Assembly (NCBI GenBank): GCA_964016885.1
Contig: OZ024740.1
Coordinates: forward strand, 293,942,001 to 294,006,000
Source of the DNA: Eledone cirrhosa
Taxonomy: Eukaryota
Reading direction: 5' to 3'
Length of the DNA: 64,000 bases
A model generated the notes under the pieces. The model ran no database searches and was not told the origin of the DNA. It was given only the letters and a program-made list of their open reading frames with translations. Below, one piece after another: positions 51,330-59,953 of the stretch; position 1 is the stretch's first letter, and each line of letters starts with the position of its first letter. A program made the position numbers and the translations under genes.

Positions 51330-52940
51330 TTTTGGGGGACCGTTGTTATATTTGGAGATTTGTTTTTTATTTGGGGAGATCCGTTTTTTATTTGGGTGTC
51401 CGTTTTTTATTTGGAGGGGTCCGTTTTTTATTTGGGGATCCGTTTTTTTATTTGAGGGTCAGTTTTTTATTTGTGGGGGTCCGTTTTTTATTTGTCGGCT
51501 GATCCGTTTTTTATTTGGAGTCCATTTTTTAATTGGGCGTACGTTTTTTTAATTGGAGGGGGTCCGTTTTTTATTTGGGGGGATCCGTTTTTTATTTGGG
51601 TGTCCATTTTTTATTTGGGGATCCATTTTTTATTTGGGGGATACGTTTTTCATTTGGAGGGTCCGTTTTTTATTTGGGTGTCCATTTTATTATTTTGGAG
51701 GGGGTCCGTTTTTATTTGGGGGGTCCGTATTTTATTTTGGGCGTTCCGTTTTTTATTTGGAGATTTCTTTATTTGGGGAGATCTGTTTTTTATTTGGAGT
51801 CCATTTTTTAATTGGGTGTCCGTTTTTTATTTGGGGGGTCCGTTTTTTATTTGGGGGGATCCGTTTTTTATTTGAATGTCCAGTTTTTATTTGGGGATCC
51901 ATTTTTTATATGGGTGTCGTTTTTTATTTGGGGATCCATTTTATTTGGGTATCCGTTTTTTATTTGGGTGTCCATTTTTATCTTGGAGGCGGTCCGTTTT
52001 TTATTTGGGGGGTACGAATTTTATTTTGGGGGACCGTTGTTATATTTGGAGATTTGTTTTTTATTTGGGGAGATCCGTTTTTTATTTGGGTGTCTTTTTA
52101 TTTGGGGATCCGTTTTTTATTTGGAGGGGTCCGTTTTTTATTTGGGGATCCGTTTTTTTATTTGAGGGTCAGTTTTTTATTTGTGGGGTCCGTATTTTAT
52201 TTGTCGGCTGATCCGTTTTTTATTTGGAGTCCATTTTTTAATTGGGCGTCCGTTTTTTTAATTGGAGGGGGTCCGTTTTTTATTTGGGGGGATCCGTTTT
52301 TTATTTGGGTGTCCATTTTTTATTTGGGGATCCATTTTTTATTTGGGGGATACGTTTTTCATTTGGAGGGTCCGTTTTTTATTTGGGTGTCCATTTTATT
52401 ATTTTGGAGGGGGTCCGTTTTTATTTGGGGGGTCCGTATTTTATTTTGGGGGTTCCGTTTTTTATTTGGAGATTTCTTTATTTGGGGAGATCCGTTTTTT
52501 ATTTGGAGTCCATTTTTTAATTGGGTGTCCGTTTTTTATTTGGGGGGTCCGTTTTTTATTTGGGGGGATCCGTTTTTATTTGAATGTCCAGTTTTTATTT
52601 GGGGATCCATTTTTTATATGGGTGTCGTTTTTTATTTGGGGATCCATTTTATTTGGGTATCCGTTTTTTATTTGGGGGATACGTTTTTCATTTTGGGGCT
52701 CCGTTTTTTATTTGGGTGTCCATTTTTATCTTGGAGGCGGTCCGTTTTTTATTTGGGGGGTACGTATTTTATTTTGGGGGACCGTTGTTATATTTGGAGA
52801 TTTGTTTTTTATTGGGGAGATCCGTTTTTTATTTGGGTGTCTTTTTATTTGGGGATCCGTTTTTTATTTGGAGGGGTCCGTTTTTTATTTGGGGATCCGT
52901 TTTTTATTTGAGGGTCAGTTTTTTATTTGTGGGGGTTCGT
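51330..52940. repeat. Tandem ~709-bp duplication near the array end
   Basis: ORF pairs 51533/52242 (709) and 51876/52584 (708); rare word ttgaatgtccag in both copies. Confidence 0.85.
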
Positions 52941-53851
52941 TTTTTATTTGTCGGCTGATCCGTCTATTATTTGGAGTCCATTTTTTAATTGGGGGTCCGT
53001 TTTTTTAATTGGAGGGGGTCCGTTTTTTATTTGGGGGGATCCGTTTTTTATTTGGGTGTCCATTTTTTATTTGGGCGGATCCGTTTTTTATTTGGATGTC
53101 CGTTTTTTATTTGGGTGTCCATTTTTTTATTTTGGAGGGGGTCCGTTTTTTATTTGGGGGGTCCGTATTTTATTTTGGGGGATCCGTTTTTTATTTGGGT
53201 GTCCGTTTTTTATTTGGAGATTTGTTCTTTATTTGGGGAGATCCGTTTTTTATTTGAGTGTCCTCTTTTTATTTGGGGATCCGTTTTTTATTTGGAGGGG
53301 TCCGTTTTTTATTTGGGGATCCGTTTTATTTGAGGGTTTGTTTTTTATTTGGGGGGGGGCCGTTTTTTATTTGTCGGCTGATCCGTTGTTTATTTGGGGG
53401 TTCGTTTTTTATTTGGGGATCCATTTTTTATTTGGGTTTAGTTTTTTATTTGGATGTCCGTTTTTTATTTGGAGGGGGGGGGGCGTTTTTATTTGGGGGG
53501 TCCGTTTTTTATTTGGGGGGATCCGTTTTTTATTTCGGAATTCGTTTTTTATTTGGGGTGGGGGGCCGTTTTTATTTGGGGGTGGTCCGTTTTTTATTTG
53601 GGTGTAGTTTTTTATCTGGGGATCCATTTTTATTTGGGTGTCCGTTTTTTATTTGCGGGGGGGGGTCCGTTTTTTATTTTGGAGGCTCCGCTTTTTATTT
53701 GGGGAACCGCTTTTTATTGGGGGGGTCCGTTTTTTATTAGGCGGATCCCTTTTTATTTGGGGGAGTCCGTATTTTTTTTTTTGGGGGGGGGGTCCGTTTT
53801 TTATTTGTTGAAACGACGACAGCTGTGCCGTCAATCTCCCTACACTCTCTC

Positions 53852-54107
53852 TATATATATATTTAAAAGAATTGAAGTCAGTGTTGTAGCATAAGTACAA
53901 ATTTTATTTGCATATTACAATTGTTTCGATATCGATCAGCTCAGGGTACATATAAGCTCGCATATCTGACAAGATGTAAAAAAGAGAGTCAGTCCCCGTC
54001 ACCTTGATTGTAGTCTGAGCTGATCGATATCCAAACAATTGTAATATGCCTATAAAATGTGTACATATCCAGCAACATTAACTTTGACTCTTTTAAATTT
54101 ATTTATA
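53852..54107. mobile_element. Fold-back / MITE-like element with ~95-bp imperfect terminal inverted repeats
   Basis: Left arm 53852-53950 (...gcatattacaattgtttcgatatcgatcagctcag) is the reverse complement, with scattered mismatches, of 54009-54107 (ctgagctgatcgatatccaaacaattgtaatatgc...); both ends lie in TATA, compatible with a TA target site. Confidence 0.8.
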
Positions 54108-54262
54108 CTCTGCACACTACAGCCGTAACTCTGGAATACAACCCAAACAAAACGGACCTCGTAACAGCATTGAGTGTGTAGCGCTCTCTAGACAATGGAA
54201 GTAGCTGGAGTTACTTCCCGTTGAAATTCCAGAACCTTTCTTGTAACTTCCCTCCAGGGAAC

Positions 54263-54270
54263 TATAAAAG
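54263..54270 (+). promoter_or_regulatory. TATA box (TATAAAAG) of the putative LTR
   Basis: Consensus TATAAAAG about 25-30 nt upstream of a pyrimidine-rich tctctcttttca stretch. Confidence 0.4.
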
Positions 54271-54291
54271 AGGGAGCTCAAAGCTATCTTT

Positions 54292-54788
54292 CTCTCTTTT
54301 CACCTCTAGGCCGCCTGGCCTAGTAAGGCCAAGCATGGTTTCGCCAAAAGTATACTCTCTTTTCACTTTTTGGCCGCCTGGCCTCGTAAGGCCAGGCATG
54401 GTTACGCCAAAGTTTTGGGGATCTGTTTTTTATTTGGGGGGTCCGCTTTTTATTTGGGGATGTTTTTATTTGGGGATGTTTTTATTTGGGGTGGGGGTCC
54501 GTTTTTTATTTGGGGATCCATTTTGTATTTGGGGATACGTTATTTATTTGGGGTGGGGGGGTCCGTTTTTTATTTGGAGGGGATCCGTTTTTTATTTAGG
54601 GGTATCCGTTTTTTATTTGGGGATCCGTTTTTTATTTGGGGGGTCCGTTTTTTATTGGGGGGGTTCCGTTTTTTATTGGGGGGGGTCCGTTTTTTATTTG
54701 GTTACGCCAAAAGTATACTCTCTTTTCACCTTTTGGCCGCCTGGCCTAGTAAGGCCAGGCATGGTTACGCCAAAGGTATACTCTCTTT
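54292..54788. repeat. Three copies of a 63-bp unit containing a 9-bp stem-loop GCCTGGCCT-AGTA-AGGCCAGGC; second copy interrupted by satellite
   Basis: Units in register at 54301, 54364 and 54727 (63 and 63+300 apart); hairpins at 54313-54334, 54376-54397 and 54739-54760. Confidence 0.93.
54412..54698. repeat. Orphan 287-bp block of domain-B satellite flanked by a 13-bp direct repeat TGGTTACGCCAAA
   Basis: Direct repeat at 54399-54411 and 54699-54711; deleting 300 bp restores an intact 63-bp unit. Confidence 0.92.
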
Positions 54789-55120
54789 CTGGCGGTTTCT
54801 TCTGAAGCTGACAACACCGAGCACAAGCATGCTAGCATTCTTCGAATCACACCTCATGGTTCTGGACTATATCTCATAATGCTGCCTAGACATTTGTTTA
54901 CTACACTTTTGTAATATGGACTACAAATAAATCAAGTTACTTTTGATATTCGGTTGAGAAATTGTTACACTTTAATCATTACCTTTTGTAGTAAGAGATG
55001 ACTCACACGAGACACGAATTTGTAGGAAAGTACTCCTACCCTTTTTCTTTCTTAAATTTAGTAGCTGGGATCCGGTGGTGCTTACCGGAGTAAGTAAATC
55101 TGCGACCAGCTCACTAAAAG

Positions 55121-55140
55121 TGGTGACCCGCCGACGTGAT
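55121..55140 (+). promoter_or_regulatory. Primer-binding site complementary to the tRNA-Trp 3' end, with a 2-nt insertion
   Basis: TGGTGACCC[GC]CGACGTGAT versus the established tRNA-Trp PBS TGGTGACCCCGACGTGAT. Confidence 0.75.
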
Positions 55141-55290
55141 GCGAACACACAACATGGAAAAAACACAAACAAAATCTTCTTTCGTTGCAGCAAACTCATC
55201 AACAATTTGCAACCCGAAAGAACAAAAAATAAGGAACATGCAGACATACTTTTCGTTGGGACACACTTTCTTCCACCTAACGTGGAATGC

Positions 55291-55398
55291 GGACACAAAA
55301 TTTCTCCAGCATTTTAGGACACAAAATTTTCTCCGACAAACAACAAAAAAATTCGGACACAAAATTTCTCCACTATTCTAGGACACAAAATTTTCTCC
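55291..55398. repeat. Four copies of GGACACAAAATTT(T)CTCC arranged as a duplicated 64-bp dimer
   Basis: Copies at 55291, 55317, 55355 and 55381. Confidence 0.85.
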
Positions 55399-55409
55399 GA
55401 TAAACATTG

Positions 55410-56485
55410 ACTTGGAGAAAAAGTTGAAATTCCTTTTAAAGTTTGGAAGAAAATTCGACATTCACGAATACCTGAAGCTGATTGAGAGAGTAGCAAATTA
55501 AGTGAATATGCATAACAATGAACAAACATGACGTTCGCACTAAAATCTTCTTTATTCTTGCTTGCACACCGTTCAAATGTCCAGCCATCACGCTCGCTCC
55601 ATAAGTTTGTATAATTAACTTTTTACCACAATTGAATTCATTAACAAATTTCCGAACTTCTTCTGTCAGTGATGCAGCTCTTCTATCTTTCCTAACATCG
55701 ACGTATCTTGGGGCTTTTCATTCTCATCAACAAATCGCAAAACGCGTGATAATTGAGATTTCATTCGGAAATCCGTCATCTCATCAAACATAACAGCAAC
55801 AAATAATGTCTTTTTTTTCGATCATTGCCTTAATTTCACCTCAATTGTAGCAGCTATACAAGTTAAATGTGCAATTAGCATATTTCTTCGCGAAATCTAA
55901 ATGCGATCTTAAACAATCACCGTATTCCACTACTGCTTCACATATAACCAGAAAATTACCCTTATTGATTGATTCTTCTGTTTCATCGTGTCCTCGAAAT
56001 GATAATTTTTGACAGGCCAAAATTTCCACGACTTTTCTCAACTGTTCTATTGGACAACTTAATCGAAGCTGCTTTCCAGTGATCGCTCGTTTTATCAATT
56101 CGTTGTCGACCAAAGGTTTTCAGAGCAATTACGGAATTCAGGAGGTTCTGAGAATGTTTGTGTCTTGTCAAAGCTGTACTAAAATTGTTCAAATCGCAGT
56201 AGCCGTTAGTTGTCCTTGTGTTCTTATGTTGACAAAATAACAGACATGGGAAACAAAACAATTTATTCAGAATGGGACATCCCGTCATCCACTCATACTG
56301 TTCATAATACTTGGAATCAAAATAACGATAACATCCTTGATGTCCACTTTGGTTTTGGTTTTCAGTTCAAGCTTCGGTTTCTCTCTTCCGAGAATGAGAA
56401 TATCATTTTTCTCTTCAAAGCTTCTTGTCGCAAAAGATCGAGAAACTAGAGAGGAAACTGAGCTAATTGACACTTTTGTCATCAT
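55410..56485 (-). pseudogene. Decayed hAT-superfamily transposase (TTF-type zinc finger plus DUF4371/ZMYM1-like region), frameshifted and 3'-truncated
   Basis: Collinear fragments in several frames: [57 protein letters not shown] (55725-55805), QTY-GASVMAGHLNGVQ, FVHCYAYSLNL. Confidence 0.88.
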
Positions 56486-56499
56486 ATGGGTGAATGAAA

Positions 56500-57183
56500 A
56501 TGTTCCTCGACACGCCGCTCTCAACGATATATTGAGAAGAAGCCTGTACACAGCTGGCTTTCCATCCCCACTGGAGCCAGCAGGCCTAGACCGCGGAGAT
56601 GGCAAATGTCCCGACAGAATCACTCTCTTCCCATTCGAAGGAAGTAGATCCCTCATCTGGGACGCCACCTGCTGCGACACGTTCTTCGCCTCGAGCTTAG
56701 TCGCTTCGACCCAAACGCCAGCACCGCAGCCCGCCTCGCAGAAGAACGTAAAATAAACAAATATCGGGCTTTATCCGGCCGCTCCTCTTCGTACCGGTCG
56801 CCATCGAGACCTCATGCGTACTTGGACCCCGTACTGCCGAGCTCTCCACAAAATCGGAGAGTCGGCGACCCTTCTGAAGAGGGAGCCCCGCGAGGTTGAG
56901 TGGCTGTTGCAGCGGCCATCGTCCAGGGGAATGCTTTTGCCGTCTTGTCCGCAGCACTCCTGCCGTCTTGTCCGCAGCACTCCTGCCCCCTTGCCCTAGA
57001 CCCAAAGCCCAATCACCCCCCCCCCTCACCCATTCTCTTCTGCGACACCAGAGCTCTTGTCATCTCCTCCCTTTCGCGTTCTTTCTTCTTTCTTTCCTTT
57101 TGTTTACCTCTTTTTTTCTTACTAAATAAGGTTTGTTTTTTTTTTTGCATTTTTTAAATGAATCGAGACAAAAAGAAAAAAAA
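56500..57183 (+). mobile_element. 5'-truncated non-LTR retroposon fragment encoding a restriction-like endonuclease C-terminus (CRE-like), frameshifted
   Basis: [45 protein letters not shown], then FVPVAIET..LG and EPRE..WLLQR..IVQGNA in other frames, matching the RH..ND / KRPDG / WD.T / QRGNA pattern; pyrimidine-rich 3' region ending in an A-rich run (3' end uncertain). Confidence 0.78.
56938..56987. repeat. Perfect 23-bp tandem duplication TGCCGTCTTGTCCGCAGCACTCC
   Basis: Copies at 56938-56960 and 56961-56983. Confidence 0.9.
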
Positions 57184-57510
57184 TTTTAATAGGTGCGTGT
57201 ATACTTTTTGGCGTAACTTTTTAAAAAATAATTTGATATATTTAAATTTAAAATTTAAAGCATTGGAATGAATATTTTATGAAAACTTTACCTTATTGAT
57301 CGGGAAAATTTCAACGGTTAGTCCCTAGCGTAAACTAGTCAATAAAAAATTCTGTGTACAAGCCACATGGTTCACAAATGAACCAGACAGAGATATGTTT
57401 ATTTATTTATTCTTAGATATAGACATAGAGCAAAAAAGGAAAAGAGATTTCTTGCTTTCTCTGAATAAACTCCCTTCTCCACTAATAATTCAAAAGTATC
57501 GTTTCATAAA

Positions 57511-57691
57511 ATAATTGTTTCTACTTTTGGCACAAGGCCAGCAATTATCCCAATGTATTACTGGTACTTTATTTTATCGACCCCGTAAGGATGAAAGGCA
57601 AAGCTAACCTCAGCGAATTTGAACTCAATCCGTAAAGGGACGTAACTGTGCTGCAAAGCATGGCGTCCGACCCTCTACCGATACTGCCAAT
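57511..57691 (-). mobile_element. tRNA-derived SINE, short subtype
   Basis: Reverse complement matches 60126-60300; A-box-like TGGCAGTATCGG, B-box GAGTTCAAAT, core TTTGCCTTTCATCCTTACGGGGTCGATAAAATAAAGTACCAG, tail GGCCTTGTGCCAAAAGTAGAAACAATTAT. Confidence 0.88.
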
Positions 57692-57695
57692 CATA

Positions 57696-57788
57696 AGAGA
57701 GAGAGAGAGTGAGTGAGTGAGTGAGTGACTGACTGACTGAGTGAGTGACTGAGTGTGTGTGTGTTTTTTTGTTTTTTTTTGTTTTTTT
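57696..57788. repeat. Compound microsatellite (GA)n(GAGT)n(GACT)n(GT)n plus T-tracts
   Basis: Directly visible. Confidence 0.9.
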
Positions 57789-57972
57789 CTGAATGCAGAC
57801 TGTCTATTGCATGCTTATTTATCCCAAAGCCGGGATAGATGGAACAGAAATACTAGGACGATAGGAAATGTACTGTTAGTGAGTGTATTTGTGTGTGTCG
57901 GTGAGTGTGTTTAGAAAGCAAAGAAACTATTGCATGCGTATTTATCTCAAGATAGGGAATGTAGTGTTTGTG

Positions 57973-57995
57973 AGTGTGTGTGTGTGTGTGTGTGT
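57973..57995. repeat. (GT)n microsatellite
   Basis: Directly visible. Confidence 0.9.
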
Positions 57996-58078
57996 CCTGT
58001 AACTCAAATTAAAAATTGGAGGAAAAGAGTAAAATATTTAAATATTATATACCATTCCAATTCAGCAACAAGTAATCA

Positions 58079-58291
58079 TTGGCTTGCTTACTATGAGAGC
58101 GTTGGACAACATGCTTCACAGCATAAAGTTACGGTCCTTTACATTGTGAGTTCAAATCCCTCCAAGGTTAGCTTTGCCTTTCTATCTTAAGGGGTGGGTA
58201 AATAAAGTACCAGTTACACACGGGTCAATTTAATCGACTTTCCCCTTCCCTTCAAATTGCTGGCCTTGTGCCAAAAGTAGAAACAATTATT
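58079..58291 (+). mobile_element. tRNA-derived SINE, long subtype (copy 1 of a head-to-tail trimer)
   Basis: B-box GAGTTCAAATCC at 58148; same core and tail as the other copies. Confidence 0.85.
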
Positions 58292-58504
58292 AGGGCGGTG
58301 GACTGGTAGTATCGGAAGAGCGTCGGACATGTTGAACGGCATAGAGTTATGACCCTTTACATTCTGAGTTCAAATCCCACCGAGGTTAGCTTTCCCTTTC
58401 ATCCTTACGGGGTCGATGAAATAAAGTACCAGTCACGTGCTGGGATGGATTTAATAGACTCTCCCCTCCCCCAAAATTCCTGGCCTTGTGCCTATATAAG
58501 AAAC
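58292..58504 (+). mobile_element. tRNA-derived SINE, long subtype (copy 2 of trimer)
   Basis: 5' GGCGGTGGACTGGTAGTATCGG, B-box GAGTTCAAATCC at 58366, core TTTCATCCTTACGGGGTCGATGAAATAAAGTACCAG. Confidence 0.88.
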
Positions 58505-58668
58505 CACGGACGCCATGCTTTGACACATAGAGTTACGGCCCTTGCCATTCTGAGTTCAAATCCCGCCGAGGTTAACTTTGCCTTTCATCCTTACGGGGTC
58601 GATAAAATAAAGTACCAGTAATGCACTGGGTATTGCTGGCCTTGTGCCAAATGTAGAAACAATTATTA
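58505..58668 (+). mobile_element. tRNA-derived SINE, short subtype, 5'-truncated (copy 3 of trimer)
   Basis: B-box at 58552, core and GGCCTTGTGCCAAATGTAGAAACAATTATTA tail. Confidence 0.88.
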
Positions 58669-59953
58669 GTCTTATTTTGATTGTATGCAGTCACTGCATT
58701 ACTGAGCACAGCTCAATGTACTTTGAGTATATGCAGTGCAGCTTTTGGTGTTGTTTTTATTGTATTGAATGTCCTCTTAATAATATGTGTGTAGTGCCTG
58801 GTAGTGTTGTTGTTTTGTGTACTTGTAGAAATTTGTAAGTTCCAGAGTTTTGGTTATGTGTCTGTCTGTGTGTTTTATCATTCCCAGAGCACCTATTATT
58901 ATAGGAATTATTATCATCATCATCATTATGGTAGTGGTGGTGGTGATGATGAGTGGTAAAGAGAAAAGGAAGAAAAATACTAGTATTTCATTTTTAATGG
59001 GGGTTATTTGTTGACTAGTATATCACAATGTTTATGAATAATTTACAAGTTTTAATGAAATGGTCTTTTTCAAGATATCAAACTTACTATCACAGAATCA
59101 AAACTTCTAAACATCAAAACCAAACAGTAATTAAGCATGCTTCTTGTATTTGTTTACATCAATAAGAATTTATTGATATTTGCAGAAAAAATATTCATCT
59201 TTCAAATGTTAAAAGGAATAATTTATCCACAAAATCATTTTTTAAATGTTTATCAAAATATTCAAATGCATCAGTATTAAGATTCAAAATGATTGCCTTA
59301 AAAATTTAAATATAAAAACACATTTATATATATTCTCAAACATATTTTAAAATGTAAATAGACTTAGTTGATTTTAGAAACATGAAATCGACAACATAGT
59401 CAGTCACTACAATTCAGATAACTAAAATAATAGTTGATAACCATACCTAATGATTAAATAAAATTGGGACTCATAAAAGTGGACAGAGATGCTGGCAGGG
59501 ACATCTCTATTCGCTTTTTACTTGATTCTATTCAACAATTATTTCTGATTCTCAACTATTATTATATTTATCTGTATTGTGCTGACTATATTTTCAAATA
59601 TTTTAAAATGTGTTATTAATATGGAATTGAGTAATTTAAAACAAATTTAATATATAACAAATTCTAATAAAAACACCAAAGCAAGATATTTGCTTTTAAA
59701 TTATCTGAAAAATAATATGTATCTAAGAATTTCATACCAGGCAAATGTTATTACATGGAAGAAGATATAGTATGAAAATTTGCCTGCAAACTCTAAACTC
59801 TTCTCATAATTAACTCTATTATGGCAGACAGAAATATTTTATTCTGCATTACAGATATCTTCACTGTGAATCTATGAGTTTATGCAAATGCATGAATATA
59901 ATAAACCCAAGTAATTCTTTGTATGTATATGTTTGTGTGTACATATATACATG

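Larger units (their letters stand above)
14691..53807. repeat. Satellite domain B, ~19-21 bp monomer, consensus about TTTTTTATTTGGGGATCCG / TTTTTTATTTGGGTGTCC(G/A) / TTTTTTATTTGGGGGTCCG
   Basis: Same T-tract/ATTTGG scaffold as domain A, but GTGCCCC cores essentially vanish and GGATCC/GTGTCC cores dominate from ~14,710; ends abruptly at ttatttg|ttgaaacgacgac. Confidence 0.97.
54177..55118 (+). mobile_element. Probable 5' LTR of an LTR retrotransposon (interrupted; internal region lost)
   Basis: Ends 2 nt before a tRNA-Trp-type PBS; TGTAGCG start and CACTAAA end form a degenerate TG..CA-type terminus; TATAAAAG at 54263 and AATAAA at 54926 are in U3-R-U5 order. The 5' boundary is inferred. Confidence 0.55.

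Noticed and set aside
1-53807. CRISPR-like alternation of constant and variable segments
   Set aside because: Variable parts are only 3-12 nt, heavily reused and related to each other; no cas genes; eukaryotic TE context
1-53807. True telomere or telomerase product
   Set aside because: No tandem TTAGGG, the G-rich strand points toward the internal unique DNA, and kb-scale duplications indicate recombinational growth
53806-53830. TGTTG at the array end as an alternative LTR start
   Set aside because: No matching CAACA before the PBS; TGTAGCG at 54177 fits the CACTAAA end better, though the boundary remains uncertain
157-53894. Hundreds of overlapping + strand ORFs up to 765 aa rich in F, G, L, W, V, I, P
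   Set aside because: All three frames are open at once because the A-poor monomer seldom forms stop codons; homopolymer length changes shift frame freely between duplicated copies; no domain or codon structure
54390-54403. ggccaggcatggtt resembles the 5' end of the HDV ribozyme
   Set aside because: I could not find the nested double-pseudoknot pairings; the local hairpin explains the sequence
54221-54805. 194-aa ORF with 21-aa repeats that stays in frame across the satellite insert
   Set aside because: Starts at TTG and is explained by a 63-bp unit plus a 300-bp insertion of stop-poor satellite; no coding evidence
56285-56756. ORFs 56285..56680 (-) and 56337..56756 (+) as genes
   Set aside because: Chimeric read-through across the junction of two dead elements
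58079-58668. tRNA genes suggested by B-box GTTCAAATCC
   Set aside because: No cloverleaf; each is followed by the SINE core and tail
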